From IMG/VR virus record IMGVR_UViG_3300029922_000014, positions 32,001 through 96,000 of that record: a stretch of DNA of 64,000 bases; one strand, 5' to 3'. Each line of letters opens with the position of its first letter. The first letter of the stretch is position 1. Source of the DNA: a virus. Shown piece by piece: positions 29,201-37,103 of this stretch. Both the position numbers and the translations under genes were made by a program. The notes beneath the pieces were generated by a model, which made no database searches, was not told the DNA's origin, and saw only the letters and a list, made by a program, of their open reading frames with translations.

Positions 29201-29679
29201 TTGGCCTGTTTGAGCTTGGTCGGGCCGGGGCCGGTCTTCTTGCCGGCGGGCTTCAGGTAATGCTGCTTGCCGCCCTTGGTGACGGTCATGGCGCAGGCCT
29301 TGCCTTCCTTCATGAAGGTGGCGATGGGCAGGCCGTCGACGATCGAGGTGACGATGGTAGTGCCGGCGGAAAGCGCGCGGAACTCCTCTTCGCTGATCGC
29401 GGTGGCATCGAGCCCTTTGATGAACTGCTTCTCTTCGGCGGTCGGCTTAAGGGTGGCGCCCACCAGTCGCCCATCATTGCCCATCAGCAGGCTGTGGGTG
29501 CCGCCGGCCATCACGAAGCCGTCGCAGGTCTCGTGCAGTTCGGTGACCTTGTCGCCCTTGGCCAGGAAGATGCCCTCGGCAGCTTCGAGCGCGAGCTTGG
29601 CGGCTTCGGAAAGCTTCGTCAGGTCGTGGGTCTTGGTGACCTTGGTGGCGAAACGGGCGGCGAGGGCTTCTGCGGACAT
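26224..29679 (-). CDS. large prohead-core / internal head protein
   Basis: CAGGAG RBS before MSAEALAAR; many hydrophobic-X-E motifs; a CPKC..CDNC Zn ribbon. Confidence 0.75.
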   Translation of the reverse strand: MSAEALAARFATKVTKTHDLTKLSEAAKLALEAAEGIFLAKGDKVTELHETCDGFVMAGGTHSLLMGNDGRLVGATLKPTAEEKQFIKGLDATAISEEEFRALSAGTTIVTSIVDGLPIATFMKEGKACAMTVTKGGKQHYLKPAGKKTGPGPTKLKQAKKLTKEDVDGIHKSLLKLTESEEIDEQAASVALTEAWMKIVGVDGENKGLMAAGQPAAYANYCGISFRSDNFIDETPSYALAEFVMQRAIKTVCEDQGDKLANAIMVALKADPKVKALDIKLREKVVNESVTDDTDTVSINAALAEAYVERKPVPKTPRTAEYHAEDAGHSYAKREHAKRAKFENGPFMHSANDAHSAFTGASAEYAKVRKEGDAEDVMKHPAFIKAAKEEHKRLEGIHPTEKVKESLNEDDANTYDPAEARKRIAELHASVNDSLSDKLGPDDDATLYLGGKSQRREYEDLRFQLGQMLVRNEDNARGHWVTNPGHQTGGGPAIDEALEESDTSTTFDMEMIKKHLPHAELRKLATEHGGTAPASDDAKFKVDFKKASDNKAFATAARALHSKNATKEDVEEVIKAKKAGLFPGEGNGTVSPYAGKDDDGDDDSTGEDPDEGCAVIVPGEGKLELRKGYDGDGAIIDSVECDLSDQDDLSNGEAYLSQKAQEQGYVYVPQSKNEWYDAMGNVLAEMFRADPTIDSNLIDAYDQAVSEDEPAFALEAAQAIAEAAGKELLASVVEGLTARAHRKGRRHTLTAKHFRMGAIKPKNWSGKLVKEEEETGEDGEGEKETGIPGKKGKVASNKLVQTGPGSKGGFSKTKPDSGMDEGDKKGVTHSNYLNAAQRTGYLRTMADRHEKAGNHKLAATFKKHSDEDHTYFKKHQATFDPNANPVERHPRFKAGVAAANAQKLDESEEDLDPDGVAVNQKKVKKTNTGVRDAKTKGPQNDAGGAGDDDVPASVPEGTTSNASMNLQMACPKCEATQGITVKDGKCSCDNCGTTGSAADFKMPSTVGDTVKEWVESIRRMDDDEFFAEMEQCAKNDLPEDFRAKTQALVEAYKAGPGRRAMARKITHANPIIKRTLGKGLSLEGLDYTTVVITFPRNRLDEFLQFAEDAGAPRDTEVKIEENTVTVTTGRIAAEKVQAVFTGTGISFVPAV
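28786..28798. repeat. dispersed palindrome (inside CDS)
   Basis: atTGACACGGTGTCAgt. Confidence 0.9.
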
Positions 29680-29738
29680 GGATGGCTCCTGAACGATTGG
29701 GAGCCTCCGGGGGTGTGTGCGGCGCAACGGCCCCGCGG

Positions 29739-29996
29739 TCAGCACTCCAGTCGTTCCACCTGTCGTAGTGGACTGTCCACCTTTCGCAAGACAACGATGC
29801 CCAAACGCTTCCGGCGCTGTTTGGCTTCAGCAATACGACGCTTCAGGCTCGCGAGGTCTTTCCTGGATTGCTTGATGCGCCGTTTTGCAGTCGCGATCTT
29901 TTCCGCTTCGTTGCCCGGTCCCAGATAATATTCAGGATCGAGGCGTGTTCCGGCGCTCTGCGCGATGGTTTGTGCTGGAACGATTGCGATTCTCAC
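29739..29996 (-). CDS. small protein with RLDPEYY motif and coiled coil
   Basis: GTGA coupling with the upstream gene; motif seen directly. Confidence 0.55.
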   Translation of the reverse strand: MRIAIVPAQTIAQSAGTRLDPEYYLGPGNEAEKIATAKRRIKQSRKDLASLKRRIAEAKQRRKRLGIVVLRKVDSPLRQVERLEC

Positions 29997-30313
29997 AGCA
30001 GCCCCAGCGCCTTGGCCGCGATCACGTTCGCGTCTTCGGCAATGGTGGTCGCCAGTGCCATGCGCACGGCCTTCACCGGGTCAGGATCGAAGGCGGTCTT
30101 GCCGTTCGACAGGCAGCACTCGTAGTCCTGCCCGCTTCCGCCCCAGAGCAACACGCCCAGGCGCACCTGCCAGATCGCGTCGGGGATCTTGATGGTGATG
30201 TTCCAAGTCGATTCATAATTGGGCGACAGCGCGACGGTCCAGCCTTCGGGCCACTTCGCATCGGTGACCACCTTGATGGCAGCCTGCAATTCGCGTTCGT
30301 TGGCATCTTCCAT
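29993..30313 (-). CDS. hypothetical protein
   Basis: GGAG RBS; coupled. Confidence 0.55.
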   Translation of the reverse strand: MEDANERELQAAIKVVTDAKWPEGWTVALSPNYESTWNITIKIPDAIWQVRLGVLLWGGSGQDYECCLSNGKTAFDPDPVKAVRMALATTIAEDANVIAAKALGLL

Positions 30314-30316
30314 GAC

Positions 30317-30547
30317 TCACTCCGACTCGCCAACGCGACGCATCCGGTGCGGTGCGAGGCTGGTGACGATGTTGTACCCGCATCCGTTGGTCGGACACGG
30401 CACGGTGTAGTCATCTTCAACTGCACCGGAAGGAACCACTTGGCAATCACCTTGCATACAGGTGATTTCACATTTGCAGTTATTACACTTCCCCTGGCGC
30501 GCGATCGTCTCCGGTAATTTTCCGGGTGTGGTTATCTTGACGGTCAT
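30317..30547 (-). CDS. Zn-ribbon protein
   Basis: CNNC...CPTNGC. Confidence 0.6.
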   Translation of the reverse strand: MTVKITTPGKLPETIARQGKCNNCKCEITCMQGDCQVVPSGAVEDDYTVPCPTNGCGYNIVTSLAPHRMRRVGESE

Positions 30548-30566
30548 GGCGCATCCCCTGAGACGC

Positions 30567-30593
30567 ACCATACGCCAACTGACACGATGTCAA
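30567..30593 (-). promoter_or_regulatory. promoter TTGACA-N15-TATGGT whose -35 is one arm of a TGACA-N3-TGTCA palindrome
   Basis: Read directly on the minus strand. Confidence 0.6.
30580..30592. repeat. dispersed palindrome (overlaps promoter -35)
   Basis: acTGACACGATGTCAat. Confidence 0.9.
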
Positions 30594-30600
30594 TCCATGT

Positions 30601-30619
30601 TTTCCGCATGACGCGGAAA
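30601..30619. promoter_or_regulatory. CGCRTSAYGCG operator-like box
   Basis: TTTCCGC-ATGAC-GCGGAAA. Confidence 0.55.
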
Positions 30620-30620
30620 G

Positions 30621-31103
30621 TCAGCTTGCAGCGGTTCCCGTGGCCTTTTTTTCCTCTTCCGCGGCGTGGCAGTGCCGAGACAGCGCAGCATTGGTGAACG
30701 CCAGGAGCTTGTTGTATTCGACGTGCTTGGACGCCGCAGCGATTGCCTTGTCGAGGTCGGTCAGCGGATCAGCGGGAACATCGGCCGGAGCCACCGCCAC
30801 GGCTTCGTAGTGCTCACCGTCGAGCTTGACGGCACCGCAGCCCAGCAGATTCACCAGTGCGGACTCGATGGTGTCGCGGTCGCGGTCATAGCTCCGCTTC
30901 ATCGCTTCCATGTACTCCCGCTGGAACTTCTGCTGTTCCACCAATGTCTCCGCCCGGCGCTTCGGTTTGAACTGTTCCGTGTACGCCGGCAGGTATCTCC
31001 CCAGATCCTGACGGATGGCGGTCACCAGTTCGATCAGTGTCCCGCGCCCGTTTCTGCGAATCGTGTTGAGGATCAGAGAAGTTGAAATTGCGAGAGCGCT
31101 CAC
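30621..31103 (-). CDS. hypothetical (winged-helix-like) protein
   Basis: GGAG RBS before the GTG start. Confidence 0.55.
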   Translation of the reverse strand: MSALAISTSLILNTIRRNGRGTLIELVTAIRQDLGRYLPAYTEQFKPKRRAETLVEQQKFQREYMEAMKRSYDRDRDTIESALVNLLGCGAVKLDGEHYEAVAVAPADVPADPLTDLDKAIAAASKHVEYNKLLAFTNAALSRHCHAAEEEKKATGTAAS

Positions 31104-31380
31104 GCTTTACTCCGTCGTTGATGGACCAGAACGCAAAGCCCACATCCATGCTCTTGATGAGCCGTTTGGACTTCTGCAAGGAACGTAGCGTAGCGTTGAT
31201 CACGAACCATTCAAAGGTCAGGTGATCTTCGAGAAATCCAGCGGTGACGCCCGCGTGATTCTTTGGGCTCTTCCGGCGCTCGAACAGCAGGGCCTGAATT
31301 GCGACACCGCACGCTTCGATCTTGGCCGGATCAACTGATCGCCCTGATGGGGCAATGCGATCGTCTTCGTCGTCAGTCAC
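30886..31380 (-). CDS. hypothetical protein (3' end overlaps the next gene)
   Basis: The N-terminal ~90 aa fill 31104-31380 and look wHTH-like. Confidence 0.45.
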   Translation of the reverse strand: MTDDEDDRIAPSGRSVDPAKIEACGVAIQALLFERRKSPKNHAGVTAGFLEDHLTFEWFVINATLRSLQKSKRLIKSMDVGFAFWSINDGVKRERSRNFNFSDPQHDSQKRARDTDRTGDRHPSGSGEIPAGVHGTVQTEAPGGDIGGTAEVPAGVHGSDEAEL

Positions 31381-31383
31381 GTA

Positions 31384-31956
31384 TCACGCCAGCCGGATCT
31401 TGATGTTGGCGACGGTGTTTTGTACGGCCATCAGCGCGGAACCTGCGGCAGCGGCGAGGCGGTTGGCGATGAAGGTGCGATGTTCAGGACGGAGTTCGGT
31501 GGCAACCAGCCAGCATTGGATCGGAAGGTAGACGGCGGCGGCGCGCTCTTCCGGGCGGATCTGCACGCTGGCGTCGATGAACTCTGCGATACGTCCGATT
31601 TGCGCGGTCTCCAGGCATTCGACGACCTGTTCACGGATTCGGATGCCCACTACGGATGCCGGTTTTGGGGTTCGGGAAAGAAGGCGACCGAAGCTGACGG
31701 TTCGAGTGTCGTTCGCGTAGGGCAGCCCGGTCGAGGCGTCGATCAGATCGGAGATGGGGTGGCCTTCCTTGAGCTTCTTGCCGATGGCGACTACTTCGCG
31801 GAGGTCGCCGGCTGAATAGACCCGATAACCGTTGTCGTCGCGGCGGGGGCGGGGCCAGTGCAAGCGCTGTTCCCAGGCGCGCAGCTTTTCCTGGGGGATG
31901 CCGGATAGATCGGCCACGTCGGAAATGGAATATTCTTGCTTGGTCAACGTGGCCAT
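31384..31956 (-). CDS. MerR-family HTH transcriptional regulator
   Basis: YSISDVADLSGIPQEKLRAWEQR...PRPRRDDNGYRVYS..DL. Confidence 0.85.
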   Translation of the reverse strand: MATLTKQEYSISDVADLSGIPQEKLRAWEQRLHWPRPRRDDNGYRVYSAGDLREVVAIGKKLKEGHPISDLIDASTGLPYANDTRTVSFGRLLSRTPKPASVVGIRIREQVVECLETAQIGRIAEFIDASVQIRPEERAAAVYLPIQCWLVATELRPEHRTFIANRLAAAAGSALMAVQNTVANIKIRLA

Positions 31957-31970
31957 GGGGTTCTCCGGGG

Positions 31971-32468
31971 TCAGTGGGTGGACTCCAGAGCGTTCCAATC
32001 TGCCAGATCACCCATGGTAAAATTACCCTGAGTTATTTTTGCCTTTGGTACGAACTGCGTGAGCCAGCGCACATCGGACACCGTGAAGGTGACCAGATTG
32101 CGCGCGCCCCACATTCGCTTCCATCGGTTCATGGTAGAGATGCCCTGAAGTGGGCTCAACCTATGCGCCGCACACAGGTGGTCCAGTGCCGCCCTGCTCT
32201 GGCCGGGTGTAGCTGTCAAGTGGGGGTGACACAGTATATGACACAGTTGACAAAGCGGATTGACGGCGCGCAGCATCTGCACGTGTCCCTCGTAGTCCCA
32301 GGATGCATGCAGATGAAGCGGCCCATTGATCTTCTGCTGGCACCCATGACAGGTTCTGTTTGCCTTCGATGTGATGCGATCCGTCAGTCGCCGGTGTTGT
32401 TGCTGGTCAACCAGCGATTCGATGTCACCTGAATGTGCAGTCAGCGGCAGATACCTGACAATCAGCAC
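31971..32468 (-). CDS. HNH-like Zn-binding endonuclease (divergent)
   Basis: CHGC...LHLHASWDY...LCQLCHILCH. Confidence 0.55.
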   Translation of the reverse strand: MLIVRYLPLTAHSGDIESLVDQQQHRRLTDRITSKANRTCHGCQQKINGPLHLHASWDYEGHVQMLRAVNPLCQLCHILCHPHLTATPGQSRAALDHLCAAHRLSPLQGISTMNRWKRMWGARNLVTFTVSDVRWLTQFVPKAKITQGNFTMGDLADWNALESTH

Positions 32469-32830
32469 AGACGCCTCTCAGAGGCGCGTACAGCGGCTTT
32501 CGTTACCGTAAAGACCCAGGGCCTGCTGTCGGATCCCAAGCGATATCCGTAGGCCTTCATGAAGGCTGATCCGGTATCGGTACCGGTTCGGGAAATGATC
32601 GAACGGACGTCGCCAGACGTCACCAGCGTATCATTGATCACGGTGCGCAGTCCACACCGACGGCGGGCTTCCATGGTATGACTGGACAGAATCTCGATCA
32701 CCCCCGGAATAGATGACCAGCGCGCGTACACCACGCAGGCAGGACACGGCAGATCCTCGACACTGGCTTCGTAGACGAAAACGCCAGGGACGGTGCTGAA
32801 GCGTCGGGCGACGGTGGGCTTGATTGACAT
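32462..32830 (-). CDS. GNAT-like protein
   Basis: EILSSHT.EARRRCGL, GSAFMKAYGY; its start codon lies inside a palindrome copy. Confidence 0.45.
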   Translation of the reverse strand: MSIKPTVARRFSTVPGVFVYEASVEDLPCPACVVYARWSSIPGVIEILSSHTMEARRRCGLRTVINDTLVTSGDVRSIISRTGTDTGSAFMKAYGYRLGSDSRPWVFTVTKAAVRASERRLC

Positions 32831-32837
32831 CGTGTCA
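32825..32837. repeat. dispersed palindrome (supplies a stop and a start codon)
   Basis: atTGACATCGTGTCAgt. Confidence 0.9.
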
Positions 32838-33305
32838 GTTCAGAGACGGTTCAAGCTGAATGGATCCACCAGTGAACTCGCACGCCTTTTCGGATGGTGC
32901 AAAACCCGGTTGCGCGATGAACCCATGCGCCCAATGGCTGCGCTGAATGTGATTCAGCACTTGTTGCACGATCACCGGAACCACTTCCGGGTCGACGCCC
33001 ATGGTGCGCAAGCGCTCTGCGAGAAATTGCAAATGGGTACCGAACATACCCCATGAGGTCATCACAGACGCCGCAGGGGTGTCGATAATCCCCACGCTGC
33101 ACACGCCGGAAACTGGCGACAGTCGCGTCAGGATAAAATATCCACGACAGCCATCAGCGCGGGCGTGCGCATCCGCGGCGCGTGCGCGTTGGTAGTGGGC
33201 AAGAATGCTCACAATCAGTACTTCCTCTGACTCTTCCGCAATGCGCGAAGAACGAAGTTCTTTCTCTTTCTCCACGGGATGAAGACGTCGTTCCGTGGCC
33301 TCCAA
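32835..33305 (-). CDS. hypothetical protein (start uncertain)
   Basis: Its stop codon is the TGA of a palindrome copy. Confidence 0.45.
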   Translation of the reverse strand: MEATERRLHPVEKEKELRSSRIAEESEEVLIVSILAHYQRARAADAHARADGCRGYFILTRLSPVSGVCSVGIIDTPAASVMTSWGMFGTHLQFLAERLRTMGVDPEVVPVIVQQVLNHIQRSHWAHGFIAQPGFAPSEKACEFTGGSIQLEPSLN

Positions 33306-33374
33306 CCCTCAAGCGGCAAACGCGCCGGTTTATCAATACCAAAGAGGCGAAAGAATGCGTCGCGCCAGTTCATA

Positions 33375-33668
33375 TCAGCGCTTGTCTTCGCGCAGTTCGC
33401 GATTCCAGGAAAACTCCGAACGCGGAATGAACGGTTCGGCCAAGTCACGCTCCCACACCGTGATCACATCACCGTCTTCGTTCACCACACGGTATCCCGG
33501 GCATACACCCGTGCTCGTCGTGACCACGCACGGGCGAATGATACCGACCTGCTTCCCCTTGTAGTGGGCGATGGTGCCTTCGCCGGTGACGGAGTTCTTC
33601 GCCGCATCGGTGATCATAGCCGGGTTGAACCGGAACTTCATGGGGGCGGGTGCGGTGGCGGTCGGCAT
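33375..33668 (-). CDS. hypothetical protein
   Basis: RBS-like GAGAG upstream. Confidence 0.55.
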   Translation of the reverse strand: MPTATAPAPMKFRFNPAMITDAAKNSVTGEGTIAHYKGKQVGIIRPCVVTTSTGVCPGYRVVNEDGDVITVWERDLAEPFIPRSEFSWNRELREDKR

Positions 33669-33676
33669 GGCGTCTC

Positions 33677-34096
33677 TCAGAAAGAGGAGTTGGACGGGGT
33701 CGAGAACCCCGAGGTGTAGTAGAATCCCTGGTGTTTCGGGCGAGGCGGAGGTTGTGGCGTACGCTGGCGCTTCAGGCGATCCTGTCGCGCCTGCTCGTAC
33801 AGGTCCAGCTTCTTTCCGAATGCGCGTTTGGTCGCCAGTTCAGCTTCGGAGGGAAGCGGCCACAGATATTCAATGTCGGGTTTCGCTTGCATCGACCGCA
33901 GCGGAAAGTGAGTGCCGCAACCGGCGCAGTGGAACATAGCAGGAATCAGTGTGGTTGCGTTGACGCGCAGGTTGAACTTGACGCAACCACACGTGCAGAT
34001 CACTGGAACCTGTGACACCTGCCGGACGCCAGCGGCGCTGATGAAAAAGTCGAGTTCAGCGCCGTTGACACTCGCGCGGTAGTGGGATTCAGCCAT
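33677..34096 (-). CDS. Zn-ribbon hypothetical protein
   Basis: CTCGC...CAGC. Confidence 0.55.
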   Translation of the reverse strand: MAESHYRASVNGAELDFFISAAGVRQVSQVPVICTCGCVKFNLRVNATTLIPAMFHCAGCGTHFPLRSMQAKPDIEYLWPLPSEAELATKRAFGKKLDLYEQARQDRLKRQRTPQPPPRPKHQGFYYTSGFSTPSNSSF

Positions 34097-34147
34097 GGAC
34101 GACTCACAGACAAAAGCCGCGCGTTGGGCGTCGCGCTCAAACGCATA

Positions 34148-34465
34148 TCACCAAGCGTTCGATCCGCGCGAGAAAGCGCGGATGCGATCGAGCCGGCCGG
34201 GTCTGACGTAGGGCTGTTCTTTGTCGACGGCAACGGTCGCGGTCGATTCGATCACCTGCGGGAACAGCTTGATCGCCTTGGGCGCTTCGATCCGGTTCTG
34301 CGCGTAGACCGTCGCGAAAAAGGGAACGGTCGGCTTTTCCTTGTGCCCCTTCCGCACTTTCGGACCGGGCAGGTGACCGCTGACTATGCAGCGCACGCGG
34401 TTCTGGGTGGTGGGGTGCATGGTCACGACGTGTGACGGACGCTTGGGCTGGGTTTCAGGGGGCAT
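34148..34465 (-). CDS. hypothetical protein
   Basis: ATG 7 nt after a TATGCT -10 element. Confidence 0.5.
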   Translation of the reverse strand: MPPETQPKRPSHVVTMHPTTQNRVRCIVSGHLPGPKVRKGHKEKPTVPFFATVYAQNRIEAPKAIKLFPQVIESTATVAVDKEQPYVRPGRLDRIRAFSRGSNAW

Positions 34466-34472
34466 GTTGGCG

Positions 34473-34499
34473 AGCATAAGGTCAAGTCCGTACTGTCAA
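34473..34499 (-). promoter_or_regulatory. promoter TTGACA-N15-TATGCT (leaderless)
   Basis: Read directly; CCGCGTGACGCGG box just upstream at 34508-34520. Confidence 0.65.
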
Positions 34500-34531
34500 C
34501 AAGATTGCCGCGTGACGCGGAAAACACCGAA

Positions 34532-34544
34532 TAACACGACGTCA
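34532..34544. repeat. dispersed palindrome, 2-mismatch variant
   Basis: aaTAACACGACGTCAat. Confidence 0.5.
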
Positions 34545-34545
34545 A

Positions 34546-35199
34546 TCAGGGGCGACGTGGAATGTCAGAAAACGCGCGGCCTTCGATGTCTTCGGACAGG
34601 TAGCCGGGTGGTGTTCCATTCACTCCGACCCATCCGTGGTATTCGTTTCGTCCGTTCTCCCAGCCCATCGCAATCGACGGCGTGACGGTGAGAGCTTCAA
34701 TGGGGCCACTACGGGTCCAGCCTCCGCCGTTTGAAGACCCACCGTCGATATGCCAGTCGTGATGGCGCTTTCCAGGCGGGCAGCGAAGGATCAGCGGCCA
34801 CATCGGCTGGCCGCGGTTGTGGGGACAGTTGGTTTCATCCAGCCACCACGCCTGCCAGCAGGCACCGACCGGCGCGTCATAATCGCTGAACACACTGCCG
34901 TCGGCGGCTTCCATCAGATGCTCTTCGTGAATGTCCCACTGGTCGCTGTCCGTGAACTCATACCCGCACTGGCAGGTCTTTGGCCAGCGGACATCTTCGT
35001 TCGGGTAGTCGTTCTTGTCGATACCAACGCAATACCCATGCTCATTGAAGTTGCCGTGAGCGCGCGGTTCAACCACGAACGCCACGTCATGGTATCCCGT
35101 CGGGCTGGTCGGACAGGTGGACGTGGCTCTGAACGCATACCGGCGCAGCGAGATGCGGACGGATTCAGTGCGCTTGAGCGGGAGGAGTTTCCAAGGCAT
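34546..35199 (-). CDS. Cys/His-rich protein with DUF6527-like C-terminus
   Basis: CPPG...W....GWTRSG....LTVTPSI......YHGWV; GGAG RBS before MPWKLL. Confidence 0.55.
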   Translation of the reverse strand: MPWKLLPLKRTESVRISLRRYAFRATSTCPTSPTGYHDVAFVVEPRAHGNFNEHGYCVGIDKNDYPNEDVRWPKTCQCGYEFTDSDQWDIHEEHLMEAADGSVFSDYDAPVGACWQAWWLDETNCPHNRGQPMWPLILRCPPGKRHHDWHIDGGSSNGGGWTRSGPIEALTVTPSIAMGWENGRNEYHGWVGVNGTPPGYLSEDIEGRAFSDIPRRP

Positions 35200-35830
35200 G
35201 GGGGTCTCCAGCCTGTATTGCAGCAACTGGTGACTGACCGGCAATGGTGATCGCACGATCCTTGCAGAACTCATCGAAGCGCTTACGCGCATTCTCTGCA
35301 TTGCCACAAGCATACGACGACACGCTGCCGGCTGCCCAAAGGTCACAGCGGATGGTGCTGCCTTCGACTTCCACATGAAAGTGGTGACACCGATCATCGA
35401 CATCGTGCACCGCAAAGGTCATGCGCACGATGGCTGGATGAATGAACTTCGCGGTGTAGTCGACCTTGCACGCGATGCCCGAGAAAAGCTGTATCGTTTT
35501 GGTGAGATACACGGTCATCATCTGCGACTCGAACAGGTCCTTCCGCAACTTCTCGGTCTCTGCGCCGTACCGTGCGGAAAGCGCTTGCAGCGTTTCGCCT
35601 GCGGTGACCGGATTGCGTAGGGGCAGAAGCGAAGCGAGTTCATCGAAAGATTCCGCCGCGATGTGCGCTTCGCCACATTTCGTGCAGATCATCACATCGT
35701 CGGTCGTCGCCTGCACGACCAGACTTGCGACGGCGTCCACTGGGATCACCACCGGAAGCGGCTTCGGATACTTTCGCGCCTGCCCTGCAATAAATGCGCC
35801 AGTAGCAGTGAATCGGATGAACTCGGTCAT
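35165..35830 (-). CDS. hypothetical protein
   Basis: GAGG RBS. Confidence 0.55.
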   Translation of the reverse strand: MTEFIRFTATGAFIAGQARKYPKPLPVVIPVDAVASLVVQATTDDVMICTKCGEAHIAAESFDELASLLPLRNPVTAGETLQALSARYGAETEKLRKDLFESQMMTVYLTKTIQLFSGIACKVDYTAKFIHPAIVRMTFAVHDVDDRCHHFHVEVEGSTIRCDLWAAGSVSSYACGNAENARKRFDEFCKDRAITIAGQSPVAAIQAGDPHALETPPAQAH

Positions 35831-35837
35831 GGCTGCC

Positions 35838-36317
35838 TCAGATGGGATAAAGCGGGCGTGGAAGGAACTTCGCAACAGCGTTCCATTCGGGATCGTTCAA
35901 CGTGTTGATGATCCCGTGAATAAGCGTCAGCTTGCTGGGACTGGCTTTGAAGTCACGCAAACGTCCATCATCCAGCGCCTTTGCAGTGAGAATCGCCTTC
36001 GGGTCGCCCAGGCTCAAGATGAGCATGCGCTTGAGATTCTGCACCGTGGTCAATCCAGGCGCCTTCTGCTCGACGGCTCCGGTGGCAGGATCACGCCAAT
36101 CCGCCGGAACCGTAGCGGTGTCTTTGAACCGGTCATTGAAGGCTGCGATCTTCGGATCGACTTCCTCCCAGATGACCCTGCCGTCAACGGTCTTGGCACG
36201 CTGCACCAGCCGCTTCGATTCGGTACCGTCAGGCATCTTGATCGTGGCCCAGCCATACACCTCATCGACCACCTGCCCAACGATGGTCTCGGCTGCGGGA
36301 TTGCGCGTCATGTTCAA
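35838..36317 (-). CDS. hypothetical protein
   Basis: Coupled ORF. Confidence 0.55.
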   Translation of the reverse strand: MNMTRNPAAETIVGQVVDEVYGWATIKMPDGTESKRLVQRAKTVDGRVIWEEVDPKIAAFNDRFKDTATVPADWRDPATGAVEQKAPGLTTVQNLKRMLILSLGDPKAILTAKALDDGRLRDFKASPSKLTLIHGIINTLNDPEWNAVAKFLPRPLYPI

Positions 36318-36583
36318 ACCGGCTGGAGATGGCGATTGGTCGGGCTGTGGGATTTGCGCTGGTCGTGCTGCGCCCGGTAGTGGGCACGATACACGTCGCT
36401 TTCTTTGTCGCTCTGACGGGTGATGTCGCCGCCGCGGGACAGGAACAGCAGCGCATCGCCATTGGCGCCACGATTCTCCGCGCGTTTGGCTTCACCGGGC
36501 GGAAGCGGCGAACCGTCAGGCGCAGTGACGGAGGCGGCGAGGGTGGCCAGGAAGGCGGCCATGTGGCGAGGGTTGAGAGCCAT
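36314..36583 (-). CDS. hypothetical protein
   Basis: Coupled ORF. Confidence 0.5.
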   Translation of the reverse strand: MALNPRHMAAFLATLAASVTAPDGSPLPPGEAKRAENRGANGDALLFLSRGGDITRQSDKESDVYRAHYRAQHDQRKSHSPTNRHLQPV

Positions 36584-36598
36584 GTAGTAGTCTTTCGG

Positions 36599-37060
36599 TC
36601 AGGGCTTCTGGATGCGGCGGGGGCCGGGTTTGACGATGGTGTTGGATGCCAGGGCAGAGAGGCGTTTCCCGACCGCGCCGAGTCCGTTGGCGATCTCGGT
36701 CAGGGCGTTGCCGTAAACGATCGGCAAGAGGCTTGCAGCAGCCTCCCTGGCGGCCCAGGGGGCATAGAGGATGACGTCGAGGTCGAACTGACGGATCCAC
36801 CCCTTGCAATGGTTGAACAGTAGTCCTTCGACGGGATGCGGGGTGCCGTCTTCACGCCGCACATCGAACTGCATCGCACGACGGGCGACGACCACGAGCT
36901 TCACAGGCGGAACCAGGACGATCTCTTCTTCACCCGGGTCGCGCGTGGGACCGTTGATGACGAGCTTGCATTCCGCGATCTCGTACCCGTTCAGCGCCCC
37001 CGTCGGAATCTCGAAGTTGGGGGAGCGGGGGCCGATCTCGTATGGGAGTGTCCAGGGCAT
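36599..37060 (-). CDS. hypothetical protein
   Basis: ATG 7 nt after a TATTCT -10 element. Confidence 0.6.
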   Translation of the reverse strand: MPWTLPYEIGPRSPNFEIPTGALNGYEIAECKLVINGPTRDPGEEEIVLVPPVKLVVVARRAMQFDVRREDGTPHPVEGLLFNHCKGWIRQFDLDVILYAPWAAREAAASLLPIVYGNALTEIANGLGAVGKRLSALASNTIVKPGPRRIQKP

Positions 37061-37067
37061 GGCGGGG

Positions 37068-37094
37068 AGAATATGGGCCGAACCGAAGTGTCAA
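37068..37094 (-). promoter_or_regulatory. promoter TTGACA-N15-TATTCT (leaderless)
   Basis: Read directly; TTTACGCGTTATGCGCAAA box at 37103-37121. Confidence 0.65.
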
Positions 37095-37103
37095 GAATCG
37101 ACT

